Shown here one piece after another: positions 19,320-28,793 of a stretch of 64,000 bases of DNA. How positions within the stretch are numbered: position 1 is the stretch's first letter; each line of letters starts with the position of its first letter. The notes under the pieces were generated by a model. That model was given only the letters and a program-made list of their open reading frames with translations, was not told where the DNA came from and ran no database searches. A program made the translations under genes and the position numbers. The DNA comes from a virus (lineage: Duplodnaviria > Caudoviricetes): the IMG/VR virus record IMGVR_UViG_2775507096_000001, positions 1 to 64,000 of that record. One strand, 5' to 3'.

Positions 19320-19574
19320 ATGTCAGAGATCACTCAAGAACGCCTCAACGAGGAAGCCGACTACTTCGAGAACGTCGCCGCGCCGCGCGCCGAGGCCGCA
19401 GCGAAGGACGGAGAGCGCGCCGCTGCCCTGACCGGCAGCGATCACACGCGCGCCTGCGCCAGTCGGGCCGCCGCGATCGCCCGAGGCAGGGCGGTGGAGT
19501 ACCGCGCGATCGCCGAGACCCTCCGCGCGGGCGAGATCCCCGACAGCCTCGACCCCGACGCCATCGCCGACTGA
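19320..19574 (+). CDS. Small acidic helical protein
   Basis: ORF with good codon usage. Confidence 0.6.
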   Translation: MSEITQERLNEEADYFENVAAPRAEAAAKDGERAAALTGSDHTRACASRAAAIARGRAVEYRAIAETLRAGEIPDSLDPDAIAD

Positions 19575-19725
19575 CGGACCGGCACCCAGACCGGCCGGGC
19601 CTTGCGTCCCGTCCCCTTGTTCCGCAGGGCCCGGCCTTCCCGGGCCGGGCTCGCCGATCGCCATCCCCCGAGGCGGCGGTGAGTCCGGCCCTTCCCTGGA
19701 CCACACCACGAAGGAGCGCGAGTCC

Positions 19726-20826
19726 ATGTGTGAGCCCGACGTCCGCGAACTCAGCAAGGGACAGGTCGCGGTCATCGCGGTCGCTGCCGTCCCGATGGTC
19801 GTGGCCGGTGTTGTCGGCGCCTGGAGCACGTACGGCAACATCGTGTCGGTCTTCCACCGCAGCACGGCCGCGCTGGGCGTGGTCGGCTTCGGTGAGGGCG
19901 GCACGCTCGTGCTCGCCGTGGTGATGGTCGCGTTGACGATGCTCGGCCAGGCGACGCCGGCTCTCGTCCGGGTCGGGGTGTGGGTGGTGCCCGCTGTCGC
20001 GTCCGCGACGGGCGCCTACGTTGCGCGCAACGCGAGCGAGTCGGCCATCTTCGCGGTGACGCCGCTGACGATGACGTTCGCGGCCGAGGGCCTGGCGCTG
20101 ATCGCCCGCCGCGTCGTTATCTACCGGACCCGCGTCGACGCCGATGCGCAGCGTCGCGCTGCCCGTCGCGCGATGCGCGACGCTGCAACGTTGCACCGCA
20201 TCAGCTGGCACGGGTCGCGGGCCCGGCACCTGAAGTCGGACCGTGCGAAGTGGTGGCACCAGGCTGCGGTGTGGCGGCTAGAGCGTCGCATCCGGCCGAC
20301 GACCGCGACGGCCGCGAGCGAGCTGATCGCAGTGCATGACGAGCGCGTTGTGCGGGGTGCGGCAGGGGTGCTCGACGCGATGTACGGCGACACCCCCGCC
20401 CCGGCGCCCGAGCTGCCCGCAGCGTCGCAGCCACGCGACGAGACGCTGGCCATCGAGCAGGCGCCGGTGCAGGAGCGTCCCGCGCTCGACGTGCACTCCG
20501 ATGACGCGCTGAGCCTGTTCGAGCCCGCCGTACCCGGGGCTCTCCCGGCCGCAACGCCCGCCCCGGCACCGCGTGCGACGCAGCCTGCGGCATCGGTGCA
20601 GCAGGACATCACGCCCGAACTCGCAACCGCGGTCGACGACGCACTCAGGGTCGTCGCGACGGACGACAGCATGCGGCTACTCACCGCCGCAGAGGTCGCC
20701 AAGCAGAAGGGCGTCACGCCCGGCACGGTCCGTTCCTGGGTGCACCGCAACAAGCTCAAGCCCGCACGCCGCGACGACGACGGCCGGCTGCACTTCCACC
20801 CCGCCGACGTCGCAGAACTCGACTAG
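19726..20826 (+). CDS. Spd/DUF2637-like 4-TM protein with C-terminal excisionase-type HTH
   Basis: Four TM segments, linker, LLTAAEVAKQKGVTPGTVRSWVHRNKL. Confidence 0.65.
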   Translation: MCEPDVRELSKGQVAVIAVAAVPMVVAGVVGAWSTYGNIVSVFHRSTAALGVVGFGEGGTLVLAVVMVALTMLGQATPALVRVGVWVVPAVASATGAYVARNASESAIFAVTPLTMTFAAEGLALIARRVVIYRTRVDADAQRRAARRAMRDAATLHRISWHGSRARHLKSDRAKWWHQAAVWRLERRIRPTTATAASELIAVHDERVVRGAAGVLDAMYGDTPAPAPELPAASQPRDETLAIEQAPVQERPALDVHSDDALSLFEPAVPGALPAATPAPAPRATQPAASVQQDITPELATAVDDALRVVATDDSMRLLTAAEVAKQKGVTPGTVRSWVHRNKLKPARRDDDGRLHFHPADVAELD

Positions 20827-20948
20827 CCACGACGGGCCCCGCAACGGCCCTGACCAGCGTTGCGACGGGCGTTGCAACGCGCAACGCAACGCCCGTCGCG
20901 CCACACCCGGCAACGCGCCCGGACCGAACGAGAGAGGCAGAACCCGCG

Positions 20949-21794
20949 ATGACCGACCACACTGACCTCGACCAGGGCGAGACGGCGGTCCGTGCGATGC
21001 TCCGCAAGCTCGGCGCCCGCCCCGCCGGCCACGCCGCCGCCGACGACGAGCAGCCCGCGCCCGCGCCCGCCGTCGTGATCCCGCCCCGCCCCGACTACGC
21101 CCCGCACGTTCCGGTACCCGCCCCGCGCCGGGGGAGTGGCCGCCTGCCCGACTGGTGGGCGAAGGACAAGCCGCAGCTCGGCGACGAGCCCGCCCCGCTG
21201 GCCCCGGCCGCCGAGGAACCCGCCACCGACGACCAGCCGGACCAGGAGCCCGCCGAGCAGCCCGCCCCGCGGCCCCAGCCCCGCCTACGCACCGTCGAGA
21301 AGCCGGCTGCCCCCGACGACGAACTCGGCGAAGAGGACGAAGAGGACCCCGGCGACTACGACCAGCCGGTGGAGGAGAAGCGGCGGACGAAGTGGGTCGC
21401 ACGGGTGCGCCGCCCGGACCGCGAGCCCACCCGGCCGCCGTTCGGGACCGCCGCCCCGCTGTACTACCAGCGAGAGAAGAAGTCCCTCGCCGAGCTGGTT
21501 CGCGAGATCCCGGCGCACAGAAAGTGGCTGCTGTACGCAGGCAGCGGCTTCGCGGCCGGCTGGTACTTCCATATCCCGCAGTTCGTCCGCGACGCAACGG
21601 CAAGCGTTGCACAGCACGGCGGCCCGTTGCGGGACAACCCCGATGTCTACTTCTGGGGCGTTGCGGCGGCCGTTGCGCTCAGCCTCGACCGCGCCACCCG
21701 CCGGTCCTGGTTCCTGATCGCCTGGGCGACCCGCGGCCTGACCGTCTGCTTCGTCGTCGGCGCGCTGCTGTACGGCAACGCCATACAGACCTGA
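20949..21794 (+). CDS. Spd-like membrane protein
   Basis: Acidic/Pro-rich N-half, three C-terminal TMs. Confidence 0.65.
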   Translation: MTDHTDLDQGETAVRAMLRKLGARPAGHAAADDEQPAPAPAVVIPPRPDYAPHVPVPAPRRGSGRLPDWWAKDKPQLGDEPAPLAPAAEEPATDDQPDQEPAEQPAPRPQPRLRTVEKPAAPDDELGEEDEEDPGDYDQPVEEKRRTKWVARVRRPDREPTRPPFGTAAPLYYQREKKSLAELVREIPAHRKWLLYAGSGFAAGWYFHIPQFVRDATASVAQHGGPLRDNPDVYFWGVAAAVALSLDRATRRSWFLIAWATRGLTVCFVVGALLYGNAIQT

Positions 21795-21827
21795 CCAGCC
21801 ACCCCTCACAACGCAAAGGACAAACCA

Positions 21828-22247
21828 GTGAAATCCGTGATCCCTCCGGTCGGGATCGTCTCCTTCGCTCTGGTGCTCACCGCCGTGCTGATCATCGCCA
21901 CGAAGGAGCAGAAGGTCGGCAAGGCGAAGCCGCTCGGCTGGTGGTGGACGCTCGGTCTGAGCATGCTCGCCGGTGCCTCGTACACGGCCGCTGGCTGGCC
22001 GTTCAACGTGGTCCCGCAGCTCATCATGGGTGACCTCGTCGGCCTGGTCCACGCCGCCATGCCCGGGGTCACGCTGCCGGGTCTCGCTCTGCTGTTCCTG
22101 GTGCTCCTGGCATGGCTGGGCCTCACCCGCAGGCAGGTCGCCGTGATCGGCATCATCCTGGTCCACATCATGGCGGGCGCAGGCGGAGGCTTCGGCATCC
22201 TCGCCCAGCGAATCCACGCCATCGCGATGCACTTCGCCGGCTCATGA
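21828..22247 (+). CDS. Small 4-TM membrane protein
   Basis: Highly hydrophobic; AAAGGA RBS. Confidence 0.75.
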   Translation: MKSVIPPVGIVSFALVLTAVLIIATKEQKVGKAKPLGWWWTLGLSMLAGASYTAAGWPFNVVPQLIMGDLVGLVHAAMPGVTLPGLALLFLVLLAWLGLTRRQVAVIGIILVHIMAGAGGGFGILAQRIHAIAMHFAGS

Positions 22248-23455
22248 CGACCAGGACGCAGGCGCCCGGCCCGGACAGTGAGACGGCTCAGCTCACCGCC
22301 GGGCTCACGGCCGACCACGCCCCGGCTCACACCCCCCGTGAGCCTGAGCCCGCCCGCGAGCATGAGCCGCCCGCTGATCCCGAGCCGGTCGACGACTTCG
22401 ACCCCGACGATGAGCCCGAGCCGGGGGAGAGGCCCGCGCGGCTGCGCGCGCTCGCGATGCCGGACCTGCGTCCGTACGCCGACCCGAAGGCCGTTGCAGG
22501 CGTTGCACGGCAGGGCATCGCAGCGAGCCGCAAGCCGGCGGCCAGCGTTGCGCGTCGCACCGCGGCGGGCATCGCGGCCGTCGCGCGGTGGTTCTGGGCC
22601 GGGACGCGGACACTCGTCGGCGTGCTCTACGGGTGGCTCAACGGCAGCTACGGCGAGAAGTGGTCGATCCCCGCCCGGCTCGGGGGAGTGGTCCTGGTCC
22701 TCCTCGTCGCCGTCCACACCGTCCAGCAGTTCGGCACTCTCGCGCTGATGGGCATGGCCTGGGCGTGGGTCCAGGCTGCGGTCATGACCGGCCGGGGCCT
22801 GTTCGACCGGTTCCTGGGCAAGGCCAAGCCCGAGCAGCCTAAGGCCTCCGAGGAGGCCCCCGGGAAGGGCGAGGACACCGCCCCGGCGAGTCGCCGCAAG
22901 GGTCTCGCCCGACTGCTCCGCCGCACCCCCAGCAAGCCCCCCGCCGAACCCGTCGACCAGGCCCCCGCCGAGCCCTCCACAGAGCCCCCGCTGACGGCCC
23001 TGATCCGGGAGCTGATCGGCGACGACAACGGGGTCCACCTGAGCGTCCTCCGACCGGCCATGCGGGAGCGTCTCCCCGGCCTTGCAGAGGCCGACGACAA
23101 GCAGCTGAGGAAGGTGCTCGTGGCGGCCGGCTTCGACCCCTCCCAGACCTTCCGGGCGAGGGGTGTCGCCGGGCGCTCCGGTGTGCACCGCAGCCAGCTG
23201 CCCCCGCTCCCCTCCCCTGGAAGCCGCCAGGAGGACTCTCCGGGCCACTCTCCGCTACCGGAGAGTGGCCTTGACCTGCGGAAATCTTCGGTTGTGGAGA
23301 GTGCGGAGAGTGGCCCGGAGAGTGATCGGAGAGGCCGACGGAAGCCCCCGGAGGGGTGGACGGAGGAGGAGTTCGCCAAGGGTGAGCGGTGGGTGAACGA
23401 CCCCAGCCGCGGCCCGAACGCGTGGATCAGGCAGCGCCTCGAAGACGTCGAATGA
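22244..23455 (+). CDS. Membrane protein with possible C-terminal wHTH
   Basis: TMs then LIRELIGDDNGVHLSVLRPAM; no Walker A seen. Confidence 0.6.
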   Translation: MTTRTQAPGPDSETAQLTAGLTADHAPAHTPREPEPAREHEPPADPEPVDDFDPDDEPEPGERPARLRALAMPDLRPYADPKAVAGVARQGIAASRKPAASVARRTAAGIAAVARWFWAGTRTLVGVLYGWLNGSYGEKWSIPARLGGVVLVLLVAVHTVQQFGTLALMGMAWAWVQAAVMTGRGLFDRFLGKAKPEQPKASEEAPGKGEDTAPASRRKGLARLLRRTPSKPPAEPVDQAPAEPSTEPPLTALIRELIGDDNGVHLSVLRPAMRERLPGLAEADDKQLRKVLVAAGFDPSQTFRARGVAGRSGVHRSQLPPLPSPGSRQEDSPGHSPLPESGLDLRKSSVVESAESGPESDRRGRRKPPEGWTEEEFAKGERWVNDPSRGPNAWIRQRLEDVE

Positions 23456-23509
23456 CCGGCCGGCGCAGGGAACCGAACAGCTCGTACGAGGTGTGAAAGG
23501 GAGAGAACC

Positions 23510-23827
23510 ATGGGCCAGCCGAGGGACGAGTCCTCCATCATGAGCGGTGACGAGTCGCGAGTGAGGAGGGCGCCCGTGGGCGGGCCGTACGCGTACCGCT
23601 GTCCGCTGTGCCGGACGACGTCGTTGCCGGTCGAGACGAAAGCGGCAGCGCAAGCCGAGGGCCACGTCCACCGGCGTAAGTTCCACGGCGGTCACCGCCC
23701 GGACGGCGAGGAGATCATCCGGGTGCAGTACGCGCCGAAGGGGTGGAGCGACATGGAGACCTGGGAGAAGGTGGCGTCGGTCGCGATCGTCCTGGCGCTG
23801 CTGATTGGGGTCTGGGTCAAGTTCTGA
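23510..23827 (+). CDS. Zn-finger protein with C-terminal TM
   Basis: CPLC...HVH...H; C-terminal hydrophobic helix. Confidence 0.6.
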   Translation: MGQPRDESSIMSGDESRVRRAPVGGPYAYRCPLCRTTSLPVETKAAAQAEGHVHRRKFHGGHRPDGEEIIRVQYAPKGWSDMETWEKVASVAIVLALLIGVWVKF

Positions 23828-23851
23828 CTGCGCGCCGCGTGGGGAACGACG

Positions 23852-23883
23852 AAGGGCCGCACCGGCGCTCCGGTGCGGCCCTT
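23852..23883. terminator. Hairpin between convergent genes
   Basis: AAGGGCCGCACCGG-cgct-CCGGTGCGGCCCTT. Confidence 0.7.
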
Positions 23884-23949
23884 GGCGTTGTGGGCTCTGG
23901 GCGTGGGGTCATCCCCGGCGAGTGAGCCATGAGCCGTGAGCCGGCTGGC

Positions 23950-24264
23950 TCAGGACGAGGGCTCATCCTTGGCTCGTGAGCCCCGGTTAGCCCAGGCCTT
24001 GTTGGGCTGCCGGGGCGGGACGGCGTACTTCTTGCCCACGATGCGAAGTGTCGCCTCGGTCCATGGCACGCGCGGGTGCGCGGCCACGGCTGCGAAGGGA
24101 AGGTCGGTGTCGGCCTTCAGCTCGTCCATCAGCGCCTTCTGAGCGGCGTGGCGCGTCTCCTCTTCCCGTTGGACGGCATCCTCCCAAGCCTTGATGGTTT
24201 CGAGTGTCTCCGGACTGGGCTTGTATTCGGGCAGCGGCTGCTTGCCGAAGTAGGGCTTGGGCAT
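23950..24264 (-). CDS. Small putative HTH regulator divergent from the repeat array
   Basis: Helical; LPFAAVAAHPRVPWTEATLRIVGKKY HTH-like; half-site of the array repeat upstream. Confidence 0.6.
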   Translation of the reverse strand: MPKPYFGKQPLPEYKPSPETLETIKAWEDAVQREEETRHAAQKALMDELKADTDLPFAAVAAHPRVPWTEATLRIVGKKYAVPPRQPNKAWANRGSRAKDEPSS

Positions 24265-24321
24265 GGCATCAGTCTTTCACGAGCCGATTTGCATAAACCG
24301 AGTGGGGGTGCCAGTCAGCGC

Positions 24322-24402
24322 TGATCCTTTACTTTTTCTTTGTCAAATCCATTTGTTAAAACTGGCTAGGGCAAGCTGATTTGGGAAGAATATGGATAGC
24401 AC
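24322..24402 (+). repeat. Array repeat R1 (promoter/operator)
   Basis: CAAATCCATTTG-TTAAAACTGGCTAGGG-CAAGCTGATTTG-GGAAGAAT. Confidence 0.85.
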
Positions 24403-24434
24403 CACAAACAGCCCCAGAACAGGAAGGACCGTCC

Positions 24435-25127
24435 GTGAGCAGCAGCTACATCGAACGCCTCGCCCAGGGCACCCCCCAGGCCGGCGCCGCCCTCCAGCTC
24501 GCCCAGATCGTCGACGCCGTCGACACCGCCCGGGAGGTTGCCGAGGCGGCCAAGCCGACGGTGTGGCACTTCGCCAGCACCGCCGACGCCCGCGCGGCCG
24601 TCGAGCAGGACCAGGTCGCCGACGGTGATGTCCTGGTCGTCGCCTCCGAGCGCGCCGTCGCGTTCGTCGTCGGCGTCTGGCCCGTCGCGATCACCCAGGA
24701 GCACGGCACCTTCCACGCATACGCGAAGCTCGGGAAGCCGGCCCGCGAGTACGCCCGGGGCCTCTACATCCCGAGCGTCGAGCGGGCCGAGCAGGTTGCC
24801 GTCGAGGCGGGCTTCGCGCTCGCCGACCCGGCCGCCGCCCAGGCCGCCCGGATCGCCGTCGGCGAGCCCGCCCCGATCGAGGTCCCGCGCATGCTCGTCG
24901 AGCCCGGCGACGTCCTCCACGCGTTCGGCGCCCGCCTGCGGATCGTCGACACCGGCACGCGGATCGCCGACACCGGCCAGGCCGAATGGTGGGCGCTCGT
25001 CCAGGGCGCCACCGAGGAGGACAGTCGACGCACCTACCGCGGCCAGTGGGCGCTCGCGGTGCCCGTCGAGACCGCCGCGTGGGACGTCGTGACCGTCGAG
25101 CGCGTCCTGCCGACCCCGGCCGCCTGA
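24435..25127 (+). CDS. Hypothetical protein (unit 1)
   Basis: AGGAAGGA RBS, GTG start. Confidence 0.7.
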   Translation: MSSSYIERLAQGTPQAGAALQLAQIVDAVDTAREVAEAAKPTVWHFASTADARAAVEQDQVADGDVLVVASERAVAFVVGVWPVAITQEHGTFHAYAKLGKPAREYARGLYIPSVERAEQVAVEAGFALADPAAAQAARIAVGEPAPIEVPRMLVEPGDVLHAFGARLRIVDTGTRIADTGQAEWWALVQGATEEDSRRTYRGQWALAVPVETAAWDVVTVERVLPTPAA

Positions 25128-25146
25128 ACAGAACCGGAGGGCACCG

Positions 25147-25323
25147 ATGAGCCGCGAACAGCGGGAGAAAGCCATCGCGCGTGCGAGCTTCCTCGACGAC
25201 CTGGAGCTGGAGCTGACCGGAGGCTGCGGACTGTGCGGCCTGGAGGCCGACTGGATGTGCGCCGCCTGCGGCCTGTGCAACTGCCACCGGCACGACCACT
25301 GCAAGCGGCCGGCCGGCCAGTAG
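25147..25323 (+). CDS. Small Cys/His-rich protein
   Basis: GGAGG RBS; CGLC...CAACGLCNCHRHDHC (not in ORF track). Confidence 0.65.
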   Translation: MSREQREKAIARASFLDDLELELTGGCGLCGLEADWMCAACGLCNCHRHDHCKRPAGQ

Positions 25324-25343
25324 GCGAGGGAGCCGCAGTGCTG

Positions 25344-25436
25344 TGACCTGCGGTTTTCTTTGCCCCTTCTTTATTGAATCGGCTTGTTAAAACTGGCTAG
25401 GGCAAGCTGATTCGGAAAGAATGAAAGTAGTTCAAA
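25344..25436 (+). repeat. Array repeat R2
   Basis: TGACCTGCGG...GAATCGGCTTG-N16-CAAGCTGATTC-GGAAAGAATGAAAGTAGTTCAAA. Confidence 0.9.
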
Positions 25437-25462
25437 CCACCACGACACGACAGGAGCGGGAC

Positions 25463-25807
25463 ATGTGCGGCACCACGGCCACCACCGAGCACGGCAGGTG
25501 CCTGAAGTGCCGCCGCCCGCTCCGTAAGCCGTCCCCCGACGGCTACGGCCCCAAGTGCCGCGCCAAGCTCCGCCGCAACGCGCGCACCGACACCACCCAC
25601 CCGAAGTGGCAGGTCGCCAAGGCCCTCGAAGCGCTGGAGCTGGGCGCGGTCGTCCCGCTCCGCCAGAACCGCATCTTCCTCGTCGTCTCCGACGACGGCT
25701 CCGAGGTCTACCGGACCGCAGCGACCGGCCAGTGCAACTGCCCGGCCGGCCTGCGGTCCGTCCGCTGTTACCACTCGCTGGCCGCCCGCTATGTCGCCGC
25801 GGCCTGA
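25463..25807 (+). CDS. Double Zn-finger protein with SWIM motif
   Basis: CLKCRRPL...GYGPKC and CNCPA...CYH. Confidence 0.75.
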   Translation: MCGTTATTEHGRCLKCRRPLRKPSPDGYGPKCRAKLRRNARTDTTHPKWQVAKALEALELGAVVPLRQNRIFLVVSDDGSEVYRTAATGQCNCPAGLRSVRCYHSLAARYVAAA

Positions 25808-25825
25808 TCGCGAAGGAGAACCGTC

Positions 25826-26350
25826 ATGTCCGCCTACCTCGCCAGCGCCCGCCGCCTGATGGCCCTCGCCACCGTCGTGCGCGGCCGGGCCTACCACCCG
25901 CAGCGCTACATGATCGAGACGCTCGCCGGGGCCATCGAGGACGCCGCGATCGCCCTCCAGACGTGCCCCGTGGACGAGCCCGGCCAGATCCCCCAGCCGG
26001 CGGCCGACGCCGTGCGGGAGGCCACCGACCTGCTCACCCAGCACGACTTCATGATCCCGGCCGCGATCCTCGGCTACGCCACCTCCCCGATCACCGGGAC
26101 CGTGCCGTCGATGCAGCCGCTGACTGCGGTCAGCCTCCAGCTCGCGCGGCAGGACATCGACCTGCGCGCCCGCCGCCTCGCCATCGTCGAGCACGGCCAC
26201 CTCAACAGCCGCGACGACGAGGTCCTCGGCGCCGCCCTCGCGGGGCTGATGGTCCTGCACCGCAAGCACGAGCGCCTGGCCGCCGCCGTCGCCGCCGACA
26301 ACGAGCGGCCCTGCAACCGCGGCAAGGCCCCCGCCTACCGCGCCCACTGA
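25826..26350 (+). CDS. Hypothetical protein
   Basis: AAGGAG RBS. Confidence 0.7.
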   Translation: MSAYLASARRLMALATVVRGRAYHPQRYMIETLAGAIEDAAIALQTCPVDEPGQIPQPAADAVREATDLLTQHDFMIPAAILGYATSPITGTVPSMQPLTAVSLQLARQDIDLRARRLAIVEHGHLNSRDDEVLGAALAGLMVLHRKHERLAAAVAADNERPCNRGKAPAYRAH

Positions 26351-26378
26351 CCACCCCAGTCCGGAAGAGGAGTGAACG

Positions 26379-26735
26379 ATGACCTTCGACTACACGATCC
26401 ATGTCGACCAGCTGCCGAGCTGGTTCACGATGCCCTGCATCGCGTGCGAGATCGCCGGCCAGACCGGCCAGGCCAGCAGCGTCGTCGAGGCCAGCAGCGG
26501 TCTCGGCCTCGGCTCGTGCACCGACCACATCGAGGTGACCTCCCGGGTCCTGCGCCGACTGCGCAGCTACGAGGCCGCGCTGCGCGCCTCGTTCCTCACG
26601 GCCGGGATCATCCCCGCCCCGCAGCATGACCGCGGCCCCGGCGAGGGCGTCGTCTACGGCAACCTCCCCGGCTCCGGAGCCCGCGACCACGCCCCCTCGG
26701 CCACCGACGTCATGTTCGGACGCCTGCCCCGCTGA
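26379..26735 (+). CDS. Hypothetical protein (CxxC, CxxH)
   Basis: GAGGAG RBS. Confidence 0.65.
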   Translation: MTFDYTIHVDQLPSWFTMPCIACEIAGQTGQASSVVEASSGLGLGSCTDHIEVTSRVLRRLRSYEAALRASFLTAGIIPAPQHDRGPGEGVVYGNLPGSGARDHAPSATDVMFGRLPR

Positions 26736-26790
26736 ACGGCCACCGCCCGGCCCCACGGGGCCGGGCCCCGACAAACAGAAGGGAACCGCC

Positions 26791-26964
26791 ATGCCGGTCT
26801 ACCTGACCGAGTACGTGCTGCGCGAAGCCGACGACCCGGTGAAGACCGACCTGGAGCTGGTCCACACCCGCTGCGGCATCCACCTGTGCGACGCCGAGCC
26901 CGGCGACCGCCTGGAGACCCTGTTCGGCGTCGTCGTGGACCACGTCGCCACCTGCCCCGCCTGA
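26791..26964 (+). CDS. Small hypothetical protein
   Basis: AAGGGA RBS. Confidence 0.55.
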   Translation: MPVYLTEYVLREADDPVKTDLELVHTRCGIHLCDAEPGDRLETLFGVVVDHVATCPA

Positions 26965-26982
26965 CCGACGAGAGGACCGGAC

Positions 26983-27870
26983 ATGCCGATCTACCTGCCC
27001 GCACCCAAGGCCCCGGCCGGCGGACCCGACGGGAAAGGCTGGAACAGGCTCAGCCTCAACTCCCACGGCGGCTTCCCGGCCCAGTGCGCGCTGCGGCCCC
27101 GACGCTGGGGTGCGCTGCTGGAGTCCCACGACACGCGACGCGCCCGCTGGGGCGGGTTCGGGCCGTGCGTGAACCGCGGCAACTGCGACGACTGCCCGGT
27201 GCGGGCGGCGCTGCGCGAGCAGTGCACGCTCGTCCCGGTGAACGCCCCCAGGGTCCTGGTGCGCTGCGAGCCGGTGTTCGCCTCGAAGGCCCTGTTCGGC
27301 GGCCCGGACGGGTGGCGGCTGTGGGTGACGACCGGCCCGGACGACCAGGGCTACCGCGAGCGGCAGAAGCGGCCGTGGTCCTGGGAGGACGCCACCCGCG
27401 TCCACGGCTGGGACCTCGGCCGCCCGTACCTCGACGAGCACGGCGAGGGCTTCTGGTTGGAGCGCACCACGCGTATCCCCGCCTGGGGCTGCGCCATCAC
27501 GACCCGCACTCGGCCATCCTCGGTCCGGCACGCGTTCCGGGTGAGCGGGACCAGGGTCGCCCTCCTGCACCACCACGGTGGGTGTGCGCACGGCGAGGAG
27601 CTGCTGAACGCGATCTCCCACGCCTGCCCCGGCCCGGACGGCGCCGACGAGAACCGGGTGCCGGTCCACTGGCGGCAGGCGGCGGAGATGACGCCCCCGG
27701 CCGCCGGGGACCTCCGCTTCGGCGTCGACGTGCGGACCATGAGCGTGAAGATCGTCGCCGTTGACGGCCCGAGGCGCGAGCTGGCCCGGCTCACGCTGAC
27801 CGGCTCGGGCTGGACCGCCGACCGCGTGCGAGCCGCCGGTGAAGCGCTCCGCACCTACCTTGACCACTGA
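26983..27870 (+). CDS. Hypothetical protein
   Basis: GAGGA RBS, 295 aa. Confidence 0.7.
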   Translation: MPIYLPAPKAPAGGPDGKGWNRLSLNSHGGFPAQCALRPRRWGALLESHDTRRARWGGFGPCVNRGNCDDCPVRAALREQCTLVPVNAPRVLVRCEPVFASKALFGGPDGWRLWVTTGPDDQGYRERQKRPWSWEDATRVHGWDLGRPYLDEHGEGFWLERTTRIPAWGCAITTRTRPSSVRHAFRVSGTRVALLHHHGGCAHGEELLNAISHACPGPDGADENRVPVHWRQAAEMTPPAAGDLRFGVDVRTMSVKIVAVDGPRRELARLTLTGSGWTADRVRAAGEALRTYLDH

Positions 27871-27898
27871 CCGGCCCCGACCAGGACAGGAAGACGCC

Positions 27899-28078
27899 AT
27901 GCCCAAGAAGCCCTGCCCGATCTGCTCCACCGGAGGCGAGTGCCTCCAGTGTGACGGCTGCGATGCCCACGAGCACGAGCCGTGCAAGCCCTGGTGCGAG
28001 CACTACGAGGACGGCCGGTACGAGATCGGACCGGAAGTCCCGTCGCCGTTCGAGGACCCGGTGCTGCCCGGCTGGTGA
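27899..28078 (+). CDS. Small Cys-rich protein
   Basis: CPIC...CLQCDGC...CKPWC. Confidence 0.55.
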   Translation: MPKKPCPICSTGGECLQCDGCDAHEHEPCKPWCEHYEDGRYEIGPEVPSPFEDPVLPGW

Positions 28079-28145
28079 CAGTGCCACCCGACAGCCCGGG
28101 GCCGCCCGCACCGGAACTGCCCCCAACGAGAACAGGAAGACGAGC

Positions 28146-28661
28146 ATGAACGAGCAGCACATCGAGACCCCGCAGCGGTTCGGCAGCGAGCCCCTGTACC
28201 GCGGCTTCCGCGACGACTACAGCGAGCAGGCCCGCGGTTTCACCGTGACCATCGCGGGCGCCGAACGGCACGACGGCGAGAAGCCTTGCACGTACGTGGT
28301 GGACGGCCACGACACGGAGTCCGCGTGGGCGCAGGCCCTCGCCTACCACCTGACGGACACGGGGATGCTCGACTGCTACGTGGTCGCCGGCGAGTCCTTC
28401 GAGGGCACCCCGGACGCCGACTACGGCAAGGAGTGGACCGACCTGCGGCCCGAGCCGAAGCGGAAGCGTAACGACGGGCGTGCCCCGGTCCCGCTCAACG
28501 GGATCCTCTACCGGGTGCGGCTGGCCTGGCCGGACGCCGGGTGGGTGCTGCGGGAGCCGCCGACCGGGAAGCCGTCGCTGACTTGGCGGGGCGGGCCGAC
28601 CGTCGAAGAGGTCGGCGAGGAGCTGCGCTGGCCGGACATCGACATGCAGCGCACCGCCTGA
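28146..28661 (+). CDS. Hypothetical protein
   Basis: AGGAAG RBS. Confidence 0.65.
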   Translation: MNEQHIETPQRFGSEPLYRGFRDDYSEQARGFTVTIAGAERHDGEKPCTYVVDGHDTESAWAQALAYHLTDTGMLDCYVVAGESFEGTPDADYGKEWTDLRPEPKRKRNDGRAPVPLNGILYRVRLAWPDAGWVLREPPTGKPSLTWRGGPTVEEVGEELRWPDIDMQRTA

Positions 28662-28667
28662 CAGCCC

Positions 28668-28761
28668 TCCGCCTGCGGGTTTCTTAGAAGTTCTTTTACT
28701 GAATCAGCTTGCTAAAACTGGCTAGGGCAAGCCGATTCGGAAAGAATGAAAGCAGTTCAAA
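28668..28761 (+). repeat. Array repeat R3
   Basis: Arms 28701-28711 and 28728-28738. Confidence 0.9.
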
Positions 28762-28793
28762 ACACCCCACCCCGCCAGGAAAGGGAGCCCGCC

